DNA of 64,000 bases from a virus (taxonomy: Duplodnaviria > Caudoviricetes). The position numbers were made by a program, and so were the translations under genes. The notes beneath the pieces were generated by a model. That model was not told the DNA's origin, ran no database searches, and was given only the letters and a program-made list of their open reading frames with translations. Below, piece by piece: positions 9,414-18,787 of the stretch. The stretch is taken from IMG/VR virus record IMGVR_UViG_3300017763_003980. The stretch is one strand, 5' to 3'. Each line of letters begins with the position of its first letter. Positions within the stretch are counted from its first letter, which is position 1.

Positions 9414-10086
9414 AATTGACCAGTTCGATGTTATCTTACCATTTGGTTGTGCAATCTATCAATCTAAATTTACTAAAGATGAGCTAGATTTTTTAAAAAT
9501 GCTAGCTGAAGATTCTAGAGAAGGTAAAAACGCAAGTGAAAAACTAGTTGGTAATATACAAACACAAACAGAACCTGTAGTAAAAGATAAAAATACTCAA
9601 GAAAGATTTTCTGAAATATTACATCCTCATATAGTAAACTACTTAACTGTAGACCAAAAAAGACAAAAAGTAATGTATGAAAATTCTATTAGGCCACCAG
9701 ATTTTGTCGATGAAGAAGATATGCAAAATGTTAATTATGACTTAGGTACTGGACCCTGGTTTAACTACATGTGGGAAAATGAATTTAATCCGTTGCATGC
9801 ACATCACGGTTCAATAAGTGGAATAGCAATGATTCAAGTTCCTACAGAAATAAAAAATGAAAGATATAATACTGAAACTCCCAACTACGAAACACATGGA
9901 GATTTAGAATGGGTCGATGGAAATAATCATTATAAAGTTATACCCGAAGAAGGAAGTATTTTCTTATTTCCATCGCATTTAAAACATATAGTATATCCTT
10001 GGCACAGTCATGTAGAGAGAATTACATCTAGCTGGAATATATTTAACATAGAGTATCCTAAGAAAATTGAGATTGCATATGAGTAG
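9403..10086 (+). CDS. Putative 2OG-Fe(II) oxygenase (TIGR02466-like)
   Basis: NPLHAH...ISG...EGSIFLFPSHLKHIVYP...R motif. Confidence 0.65.
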   Translation: MKIRIDQFDVILPFGCAIYQSKFTKDELDFLKMLAEDSREGKNASEKLVGNIQTQTEPVVKDKNTQERFSEILHPHIVNYLTVDQKRQKVMYENSIRPPDFVDEEDMQNVNYDLGTGPWFNYMWENEFNPLHAHHGSISGIAMIQVPTEIKNERYNTETPNYETHGDLEWVDGNNHYKVIPEEGSIFLFPSHLKHIVYPWHSHVERITSSWNIFNIEYPKKIEIAYE

Positions 10087-10468
10087 ATTAGAAGGTCATG
10101 TAAAAAAGGGATGGGGTTACGAACTTATATGGGCTACAAATGACAAATACTGTGGTAAGATAATGGTGTTTGAAAAAGTAGGTGCAAAGTTCAGTATGCA
10201 TTTTCATCATGAAAAAGATGAAACATGGTTTGTAAATAGTGGCAAATTTAAAGTCAGATGGATAGACACTAGTAACGCAATGATGTTTGAAAAAGAATTA
10301 AATGAAGGAGATACCTGGCATAATCCTCCTTTACAACCTCATCAACTAGAAGCACTAGAGCCTATGAGCTCAGTAACAGAAGTAAGTACACCAGATTCAG
10401 TTGAAGATAATTATAGACTTATACCAGGAGATAGTCAATCTGCAGACACGGAAATTAGCAATGATTGA
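10079..10468 (+). CDS. Cupin-fold protein (sugar isomerase/epimerase-like); probable start 10079
   Basis: KGWGYELIW...SMHFHHEKDETW...HNPPLQPHQL cupin metal-binding motifs. Confidence 0.75.
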   Translation: MSRLEGHVKKGWGYELIWATNDKYCGKIMVFEKVGAKFSMHFHHEKDETWFVNSGKFKVRWIDTSNAMMFEKELNEGDTWHNPPLQPHQLEALEPMSSVTEVSTPDSVEDNYRLIPGDSQSADTEISND

Positions 10469-11081
10469 TATTGCATGGAGCAATGACATTGATAGGGGCC
10501 CTAATTGGATTGCTCCAAAGTGTGTAGTTGGATTGGATAGGGATGGTGTTATTAATAAAGATTTAGGTACTTATTGCTATAAGAGTAAAGATTTTGAACC
10601 TATTGAAGGTAGCATAGAAGCTATTTCTCAATTACGTCAACTAGGACATAAAGTTGTAATTATTACAAATCAAGGAGGCATAGAGAACGGATTATTTACT
10701 GAAGATGACGTAGATAATTTACATAATCATTTATTTGAACTACTTGGCGAAGCAGGATGTCAAAGTATAGATGGCATTTATTATAGTGCTAGTAGCCGAA
10801 AAAATGATATGTATGCAAAGCCTAATATAGGTATGTTCAAACGTTGCGAAAAAGAAGTTCCGCATGTAAAATTTAATCAAGGATATTATGTAGGTGATAA
10901 AATATCTGATTTAAAGGCAGCTATGAAAGTTGGTGCAAAGCCAATACTAGTACGCACAGGATACGGAAAAGAAACTGAAGAATTAATTAACAAACGATTT
11001 ACTTATAAGTCAATAAAAAAGCGTACCAAAGTATTTGATACGCTTTTAGATTTTGTTAATTATCTTACAGATCAAGCCTGA
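10461..11081 (+). CDS. gmhB: D,D-heptose 1,7-bisphosphate phosphatase (HAD family); probable start 10461
   Basis: LDRDGVIN, ITNQGGI, KPNIGM and VGDKISDLKAA HAD motifs. Confidence 0.85.
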   Translation: MIDIAWSNDIDRGPNWIAPKCVVGLDRDGVINKDLGTYCYKSKDFEPIEGSIEAISQLRQLGHKVVIITNQGGIENGLFTEDDVDNLHNHLFELLGEAGCQSIDGIYYSASSRKNDMYAKPNIGMFKRCEKEVPHVKFNQGYYVGDKISDLKAAMKVGAKPILVRTGYGKETEELINKRFTYKSIKKRTKVFDTLLDFVNYLTDQA

Positions 11082-14000
11082 GCTTCTCCCCACTTAATAA
11101 TAATATTTGAATTAATATCTGAACCTGTCACTTTATACACATTAATAGCTAACACGTCTGGACCATTTGGAAATGTACCTCTACCGCCTAATGGAGTGTT
11201 TGTAAGTTCTTTTAGATCTTTTAGATCTAGTGTAGAACGTTCTCCTGGCACAGCAATAAATGAGAATACAGTTTCGCCTGGTCTAGCAAACGGTGGTTGT
11301 TCAAATGTAACTTCAACTGTACCTGAGCTTAGTGCTAGTGTACCTGTATATGAGTTGTTAAAGTTTATCTCATAAAACGTATTCCCGCCCCAAGTAATAC
11401 TTTGTATACTGTTTATATAAGTGTTAGCAGGGAATGTCAATCCGTTGTTACCACCAGTAACCGCAGTGCCAACAATAGCCGATGCACTATCAACACTTGA
11501 TGTAGTAAAGTAACCATAGTTTTTGTTTACAAGTGCTGCATTAAATGTAACGGTAAAGTGGTTGGATGAGCTACCGCTGATCTGTCCTGAGAGTCGCCTT
11601 GATAGTCTAAAGTATGCCCAATCATTTGAATTTTGTCCACTGATGTAACCATAATCAATAGTAGTATTAGCTGGAATATTTGTGCCTGTAATAACCTTAC
11701 CTTCAACAATACTTGTATCAGTTGTACCAAAGGTAGCAAAGTATTCTTGTGGATTGATGTAAATGTAATAGTTATTATTATAACCACCAACATAGCTAGG
11801 TCTAGTACCAAACTGTCCTGTAATCGAAGCCACAGATGTTATGTTAGCTGTAGTAGCTGATGTACCATCTGTCCATGTAACACCACCACCAGATGCAATT
11901 TGTGCAAAACTAGGCTGACCACCTTGTGCCACACCATTTAGTCCTGTCCAGTTAACGTCACTTGGATTAAGAGGATAGTTGTTAGGATTTAGCACACCTT
12001 CGATAACAATACCCCCGGAACCTGTATCTGATGTCACCTCAAGTCCGTTAAGTAGTAATTGTGCTCTATTAAGCAGTTCTCGCTCTCCTAAGTCACCTGT
12101 AATAGCGTTAGAAACACTAGGTGCTAGTCGCATCATAAATGCAGTCTGTTTAGTTGTACTAACTGTGATTCCTGTTTCAGCGTAACTAAAAATGTAACCT
12201 CTATCTTCATCAAATCCGCCATCTGTAAGGAACGCACTACCCCAGTGACTAATAAGTGGTGTAATTGTTTGTGAAATAATAACAACACCTGTTCTAGCTA
12301 GGTGTGTTACTGCTGAGCCTCCTGTGTAACTACGTTCTGCTCCTGCTTGGAATGTAAGTAAATTAGCAGCTCTGCTTACACCAGTTAGTGTATTTGTTTC
12401 TTTGTTGTTAGCTGTGTACGTCATTACTTCGTTGTCAATGTATACAGTTGCTTGGTATGGAAAGAAGCTGCTATCTTCTAATTCAATAGTAGTTTGACTT
12501 GCATCCATTTGAGTTTTTAACTTTCCTGGAGGACCTTCGTTAGTAACTTCGTAACGCACAGGCAAGTTACCTGAACGCATAAATGCTTCTGTGTTTACGT
12601 TTGAATTACGCATTCTATGTGCAAAAACAAAATTACCATTTGAACCACGTACCATCCAATCAATAAATCCAGCACCATACCATGTATACTGAATTCCAAT
12701 CATCTGCATCTTAGCAATGTCCATATTATAACCGCTTGGACCAGTGCCATCTAATCTGTCTAAGTTAAACTCACTTTGTTTGGCTTTTTTATCACTTACT
12801 AGTGCTACTTTTGCACCTGTAATGTTTATAACGCCGCGCCAGTCTGGTGTTACTGACATTGCAGTATCACTACTAACATGACTTACAACGTGTGTCATAC
12901 CTTTGATAATAATTCTATCACCGGCCTTTAATTGATCTCTAAATCTAGTGTTTGTCCCTACAATAGCATTTTCATCTACATTAAGTGCAATAGTTCCGGC
13001 AATTTGTTTTGTTCCTGTACGCTGTACTGCACTAATTTGTGTACCATCAAACTCCCAGAAAATTCCGTTTTGATCGTCAAATATTCCAGAACGTACAGTA
13101 GCGCCATGCCAGCTTACAACACTCATTTGTGCAGAAAATCCTAGTACTGCTGTAGTTGCACCCAATCTACGTTTTGCTCGTACTTTAAATGTTCTTTCGT
13201 CTACAACTGATGAAACTGTATAATCAAACTCTTCGCCAACACCTGTGCTAACGCCGCTGTTGTATCCTTCTGTTTCTATTCCTAGTAAACGTATTACACC
13301 ACCTACTTGTACACCGTGATCGTTATCATCTGTAGTAATAGTAATTAAACTATCAAGTTCTACACCATCTGCTACTACACTCTGTAGATCGTAACTTGGT
13401 GCAAATAGAGCACCAGTTGTATACATAATACCTTTACCTGACTGGTATCTAATATACTTTTTACTTTGACGTATTGCTTGTGCTCCATGTTGTGGACCGC
13501 CAGTACCTAGCTGTACGCCTCCGTCATATGGTCTATGCACAAAGAAGCTGTCTGGCCTCGGATATACAATTCCTTGTAGTACGTTACTTGCATCTACTGT
13601 AATTGCTCCAGTAGTTCTAGCTTGATATCTTAAACTAGTAACACTAGGCACCTCTGTTGCAAAAAATGAGCCGCTAGCTAGTTCGTGATTATTTGTACCA
13701 CTATCACTTGTAATATTTACAATAAATGTATCGCCTGGAACTAATCCGTGTGCCGCAGGCCAGTTCATATCAATAGTAGCTAGAGCTGCGTAGCTTATTG
13801 TTTGATCTACATTAATAAAAGACGATGTGGCTTCTGATACTGTAATTGTGGAAATAATATCAATATTTGTGCCAGGATTAGCAATAGTATAATTTGCAGC
13901 TACACTAGTAATACCTCCATTACTTGCACCGTTTACATACAGCTCTACGTCATTAAGGGGAGATGATCCTTCTAATAATGTACCTGGAATATTAATTCTA

Positions 14001-17000
14001 TCGCCTACTTTATATCCAGAACCTGTTGAAAAAATACTAATATTATCATAAGAACTAAAATTTCTTCTTAAACTAAACGTTGCACTTGTACCTACATTTG
14101 GTTGATTTGTCCCTGTTACTGCGAATGGTCCTGTTGGTTGTGCTGCTGTTCCTGTTATTGTTATGCCAGTTATTCTACCAGCTGCAACATCGTCAATTGA
14201 TGTAACTGTAGCTATTGCATCATTAGCAGGTGTTGCACCTCTTAAATTAGTTCCTAATAATTTAAGCTGTTGTCCAATATTATACCCTAGCCCTCCAGGA
14301 TTTTCAATCTGTATATTAGTATATTCAGTATCAGATAGCTCAACTGTAAATGTTGTTCCTGTACCTTGTCTAGCTGATCCGCTAACAGAGTTAGCAGTTC
14401 TTCCGTTATACGAAGTACCTGTAGTAGTATATGTTAAAATTGCACCATTAGCATCAACACTAACAATAGTGCCTGTAATATCGTTTGCTGGTGTTGCTCC
14501 TCCTAGTCCTGGTGCATTACCAGCAATAGTAAAAGTTTCTCCTGCAAGATAATTAAGTCCTCCACCGCCTGTGACAGTATAGCTTGCTCCGTTTATTGTT
14601 ACAGTAAATGTTGCTCCGCCATCTCCACCTGCTGTGTTAGAAGTAAAAGGTACTGTAGTATATTGATCAGATCTTTGTGGCGCAGAATTAGTAGTAAAGT
14701 CTATAGCCGAGATAGAACCTACTGCACCTACACTGGCTGCATTAAAGGTAATGTTAGCACCACCACCTCCGCCTAATACAGCATCAGCAATAGTAATTGT
14801 ATCTCCAGCAGTTACGCCTGTGCCTGCACTTACAATTGTAATTTCGTTTATATCAACATCGCCTGCTGTAGTGATACTTGCTACATCAAATGTTAACGCT
14901 GCGGCACCACCGCCTCCTAGATTAGCATCAGCAATAGTAATTGTATCACTTACCGCATTAGCAGAACCTATTGTAGCAATAGTAATACTTACTATCGAGC
15001 CGCCGCCACCTACTTGTATATTAAATGTGCCAACTGTACCTGAGCCACTACTTGTACCAGTTACGCCATTGTATGTTCCTAATGTACGACTAGCATCAGC
15101 AGCACCAATATTGTTTACACTAGTAATTCCTCCTGCAGGTCTTACAATAACATTATATGTAGATCCACCACCGCCTGTGCTTGCTACACCATTGTATGTA
15201 CCAGGAGTTCTGTTTGCAGGAACTTGTGTAAGGGTATTAATACTGAGTACCTCTCCGCCTGACGTCACTCCTGTAACAGTTACATAATTATTATTAAATT
15301 CTGAGGCGCCCGTAGGCTGAATTACATCTCCTGCTAATACAATAGTTTCCCCTATTAAGTAGCCGGATCCTGCATTATTAATAGTTACTCCAGTATATAC
15401 GCCATTCAAGTATGTAACATTAAAGTTTCCATTTATGCCTGCACCACCGTATGCTTCGTGTGAAACAACACCTAAATTAGCATAACCATTAAAACTTAAT
15501 CCTGATATGTCTGCTGTATTAATATCACCATCACTGTTAACACTAGTAACCACTAGTGTAACATCGTTTGCTGGAGTGTCGCCTCCGAAATCAGTTCCTA
15601 AGAATTTTATATTATCTCCAACCGCATAATTCAACCCGCCGTTAGTAATACTATTAAGTACATATTGGTTACTTGAATCTTGTGATGGAGAAATACTAAA
15701 TTCTGCACCATTACCATTAAATCCTACATTACTACCAGACACAGCACTATATGACACAATATTACCAAATCTTGGACTTGTAAAGTTACCGCTAAACTGT
15801 ATTCCTTTACCGCTTGCGCCTACACCTACTGTTTGTACATAAATTGCTGAGCCATCACCTCTATCTACCGCTTGGTTAACAGCTATTCCTGTAGTACTTT
15901 CTACTTCAAGTGTATCAGTACCTATAGCTGTTGTTGCTGTTGTAGTTGGTGTTAAAAATGTTCCTCCGCCAGCACTAGTATCAATTATTTGGGTAGCTTG
16001 AGAACCTACAGGAAGTCCAGCATGAGATAATGGAGAGCCAACTTCTGGAGCAGCTCCATCAAATGGGATAATTGTGCTACCAGGTAATACTGATAACTGT
16101 GTTACAAAACTACCAGATGACCCGTTACTTGCTATAGAAAAATCTGGCTGGCCGATGCTTGCTCCTGTATAAAACCCTGCTTTTCTTAGCTGACAATACG
16201 TAGTTACAAGCACTTCGCCATTAGATGTACCAACTTTAGCTTTTGCAAAGTAAGTAAATGTTTTATTTGTAGGTACAGTGTTTACAATAAAAGATCCTTC
16301 AGCCCTTGCTGCGCCAACAACACTATCTTCTAATGCTTTAATTGTAATAGGTTGCCCTGGCTCAAAGCCGTGTGCAACTACTGTTGTAACTGTAATTAAG
16401 CTTGCACCAATACCTGATGTACCTGAACTTGCATCTGTTACAACATTTTCTACTGCTGTGTTTGTCGCTGGTATTTCGTATACACTTGGATATCCGCGTA
16501 ACGTGCCAATAGCAGACCATTTAGTTGGCTGTAGACCATACTCAAAGTCAGCATCAAGCATACTTAAAGGATTAGCAATACGCATACGTTCAATAGCATC
16601 TGTGCCAAAGTCATATGGTCTAGTTGTTACAACACTTTTTCCATTTTCAACCTGTTCAACAAATACTTGTAAATGATCTGTTGATAGGTGCGAGCTTGTG
16701 TCGTAATTAAACCAAATTTTAGTTATAGCATCAGTAGTTTGTAAATAAGTGCTAAAATCCTTATCATATCCTTTAGTAATTAATTTTGCATCAGCACCGT
16801 TTTCAGAATTTGAAAAGTTATAAATAATTTCATTTTTTGTAGTATTAGTTATAAGAAGTAATTCATCTAATCCCCAACGCCCTTGTACTTTTATACTACC
16901 AACACCGCTTTCAACAAGTGTCGGAAGTTGATCAAGGCCTAGTGTAATAACATCGATAATAATAGCACTAAGTTCATTAATTCTAGGAATTGCACCAGCT

Positions 17001-17449
17001 TCGGCATTATCGCCACTAGTATCAGTTGTTTGAATTACTCCTGTTTGATTACCAGAGTATGCAGTATTAGTAAAAATATAATCTCTAATTATTTCTTTTA
17101 TTTTGGCATGAGTTTGTATTTCAGGCTGTCGGTCGCCGTCAACTTGTGCTACAGAGCCTTCCCAATAATAACTTGCTATTTTTCTTGTTTCTTCATTGCC
17201 ACTATATCGTAAATCCCACAAGTAAGCATCAATTACATATCCTACATCTCTTTCACATTTAGCTTCGTTATATACATACCCTGCAAATCCTGTTGCGTTC
17301 GCAGCCACTTGTGCAGCTATCCATGCTGTTGCTTCTTTTTGTATATAATACTTGTTACCATATAGTAGAGCATATGCATTTGGATAAACATATCCTGTTC
17401 TACTCATTCCTGGCTTGAAGACGTAATCTTTTATCTGTGTTTTTGCCAT
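11072..17449 (-). CDS. Very large virion structural protein (tail fibre / baseplate-associated), 2125 aa
   Basis: Gly/Thr/Ser-rich with repeated GxGYxxGxxIxIxG..GGxTPAND units; lies in the tail module. The exact role is inferred. Confidence 0.65.
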   Translation of the reverse strand: MAKTQIKDYVFKPGMSRTGYVYPNAYALLYGNKYYIQKEATAWIAAQVAANATGFAGYVYNEAKCERDVGYVIDAYLWDLRYSGNEETRKIASYYWEGSVAQVDGDRQPEIQTHAKIKEIIRDYIFTNTAYSGNQTGVIQTTDTSGDNAEAGAIPRINELSAIIIDVITLGLDQLPTLVESGVGSIKVQGRWGLDELLLITNTTKNEIIYNFSNSENGADAKLITKGYDKDFSTYLQTTDAITKIWFNYDTSSHLSTDHLQVFVEQVENGKSVVTTRPYDFGTDAIERMRIANPLSMLDADFEYGLQPTKWSAIGTLRGYPSVYEIPATNTAVENVVTDASSGTSGIGASLITVTTVVAHGFEPGQPITIKALEDSVVGAARAEGSFIVNTVPTNKTFTYFAKAKVGTSNGEVLVTTYCQLRKAGFYTGASIGQPDFSIASNGSSGSFVTQLSVLPGSTIIPFDGAAPEVGSPLSHAGLPVGSQATQIIDTSAGGGTFLTPTTTATTAIGTDTLEVESTTGIAVNQAVDRGDGSAIYVQTVGVGASGKGIQFSGNFTSPRFGNIVSYSAVSGSNVGFNGNGAEFSISPSQDSSNQYVLNSITNGGLNYAVGDNIKFLGTDFGGDTPANDVTLVVTSVNSDGDINTADISGLSFNGYANLGVVSHEAYGGAGINGNFNVTYLNGVYTGVTINNAGSGYLIGETIVLAGDVIQPTGASEFNNNYVTVTGVTSGGEVLSINTLTQVPANRTPGTYNGVASTGGGGSTYNVIVRPAGGITSVNNIGAADASRTLGTYNGVTGTSSGSGTVGTFNIQVGGGGSIVSITIATIGSANAVSDTITIADANLGGGGAAALTFDVASITTAGDVDINEITIVSAGTGVTAGDTITIADAVLGGGGGANITFNAASVGAVGSISAIDFTTNSAPQRSDQYTTVPFTSNTAGGDGGATFTVTINGASYTVTGGGGLNYLAGETFTIAGNAPGLGGATPANDITGTIVSVDANGAILTYTTTGTSYNGRTANSVSGSARQGTGTTFTVELSDTEYTNIQIENPGGLGYNIGQQLKLLGTNLRGATPANDAIATVTSIDDVAAGRITGITITGTAAQPTGPFAVTGTNQPNVGTSATFSLRRNFSSYDNISIFSTGSGYKVGDRINIPGTLLEGSSPLNDVELYVNGASNGGITSVAANYTIANPGTNIDIISTITVSEATSSFINVDQTISYAALATIDMNWPAAHGLVPGDTFIVNITSDSGTNNHELASGSFFATEVPSVTSLRYQARTTGAITVDASNVLQGIVYPRPDSFFVHRPYDGGVQLGTGGPQHGAQAIRQSKKYIRYQSGKGIMYTTGALFAPSYDLQSVVADGVELDSLITITTDDNDHGVQVGGVIRLLGIETEGYNSGVSTGVGEEFDYTVSSVVDERTFKVRAKRRLGATTAVLGFSAQMSVVSWHGATVRSGIFDDQNGIFWEFDGTQISAVQRTGTKQIAGTIALNVDENAIVGTNTRFRDQLKAGDRIIIKGMTHVVSHVSSDTAMSVTPDWRGVINITGAKVALVSDKKAKQSEFNLDRLDGTGPSGYNMDIAKMQMIGIQYTWYGAGFIDWMVRGSNGNFVFAHRMRNSNVNTEAFMRSGNLPVRYEVTNEGPPGKLKTQMDASQTTIELEDSSFFPYQATVYIDNEVMTYTANNKETNTLTGVSRAANLLTFQAGAERSYTGGSAVTHLARTGVVIISQTITPLISHWGSAFLTDGGFDEDRGYIFSYAETGITVSTTKQTAFMMRLAPSVSNAITGDLGERELLNRAQLLLNGLEVTSDTGSGGIVIEGVLNPNNYPLNPSDVNWTGLNGVAQGGQPSFAQIASGGGVTWTDGTSATTANITSVASITGQFGTRPSYVGGYNNNYYIYINPQEYFATFGTTDTSIVEGKVITGTNIPANTTIDYGYISGQNSNDWAYFRLSRRLSGQISGSSSNHFTVTFNAALVNKNYGYFTTSSVDSASAIVGTAVTGGNNGLTFPANTYINSIQSITWGGNTFYEINFNNSYTGTLALSSGTVEVTFEQPPFARPGETVFSFIAVPGERSTLDLKDLKELTNTPLGGRGTFPNGPDVLAINVYKVTGSDINSNIIIKWGEAQA

Positions 17450-17455
17450 ATTATT

Positions 17456-18322
17456 CTAAATCCCAAATGCTATTGCAAACGCTGTCGACGTTGTATCTAC
17501 ATATTTTTTGTTAGGCACTGCATTAATTCCTGTAACTGCTCCGCTTAGTGTAGCTGTTGTAAATGCAGCTGTTGACGGTGTTGTTGCTCCGATAGTTGAG
17601 TTATCTATTGCACTGTTATTTATAGGACCTACTATCCTACCAGCAACACTATCGATTAGTAATGTGCTATCATCTGAAAAAACTGAGCCTTTTAAATCAC
17701 CCGTCACTCCCCCGGTAGCTGAAATCATATTAGCTACACTCATAGTTCCGCCTACATTTACATTTCCTTGTATTCCTGTTCCGCCTGTAACCTTTAAGGC
17801 ACCAGTTGTTGTACTAGTACTTGCTGTTGAGTCAGTAATACCTACTGTACTAAAATTTCTTGCTTGATCTAAAACTGTAATAACGCCACGCACACTGCCG
17901 GAAGAATTACCATAATAAAGAGTATCTGGAGCACTTAATGGAACGGTCCATGTAAGCCTTCCGGATGATTTATTTAGTGCCGAAGCTCCAACAGTACTAT
18001 CACTGTGACGTAGTCCGTTACTATAGTTTATAGCTGGATCTACTGCACTAAAAATATTAAATGTAAGAGTAGTAAATGCTAAATCAAATGTACTAGTTTG
18101 ATTTCTAAAAACCGTAATAGGAGGTTGATCTATTACTTGTCCATCAAATCTAAAATTACCATTGCTTTCTATAAAATCAAAGTCAGCTGCAATACCTTGC
18201 TCGTCTGCATTAACAGACAACGTTAAAGTAGTTGCAGTAATGTTTCCTGCCGCATCAACAGTAAAACTAGGGCTTTTAAAGCCGAAGTCTGATCTTAAAG
18301 GTGTATTAACAGTCGTTGACAT
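17456..18322 (-). CDS. Putative tail / structural protein
   Basis: Thr/Gly-rich fibre-like segments (STTTGALKVTGGTGI); late promoter and GGAG RBS upstream. Confidence 0.55.
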   Translation of the reverse strand: MSTTVNTPLRSDFGFKSPSFTVDAAGNITATTLTLSVNADEQGIAADFDFIESNGNFRFDGQVIDQPPITVFRNQTSTFDLAFTTLTFNIFSAVDPAINYSNGLRHSDSTVGASALNKSSGRLTWTVPLSAPDTLYYGNSSGSVRGVITVLDQARNFSTVGITDSTASTSTTTGALKVTGGTGIQGNVNVGGTMSVANMISATGGVTGDLKGSVFSDDSTLLIDSVAGRIVGPINNSAIDNSTIGATTPSTAAFTTATLSGAVTGINAVPNKKYVDTTSTAFAIAFGI

Positions 18323-18361
18323 TTGTTACTCCATATAGTATATTTAGCCTACTTAGGAATG

Positions 18362-18763
18362 TCAACTAGTTAACGGATTTTGATTTTGAAAGTAATTTGC
18401 AGTGAAAATAAACTTAGCACCTTCGTATCCTGTCTTAGCTGATATTAATAAGTCTACATACGATTGGTTAACTGTTACTGATAAGTCTACAAGATCATTA
18501 CCCAAATTACTTCGACCAACTACACTTAGATTAGCATAATCCACACCGACTGCAACAATACATTTTACAATTTCTTTATTGGCATTGTTATAATCAATTG
18601 AAATAGTAAATTCTGCTGCACTAAATTCGCCGGCGTGCCAACGCTCTACTTGTGTGTTTGTGTAAGCTTGTTTCCAGGGTCCGTTGTGAGAAGTAGCACC
18701 ATTGTTTGTTACTAATAGTGTTTTTTTGATACCTTCTTTAAAGTAATTTGCGATATTAAACAT
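18362..18763 (-). CDS. Hypothetical protein (probable structural)
   Basis: 133-aa ORF preceded by GATAAATA and an AAGGA RBS. Confidence 0.6.
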   Translation of the reverse strand: MFNIANYFKEGIKKTLLVTNNGATSHNGPWKQAYTNTQVERWHAGEFSAAEFTISIDYNNANKEIVKCIVAVGVDYANLSVVGRSNLGNDLVDLSVTVNQSYVDLLISAKTGYEGAKFIFTANYFQNQNPLTS

Positions 18764-18787
18764 AATGATCCTTTGTCATTATATTTA

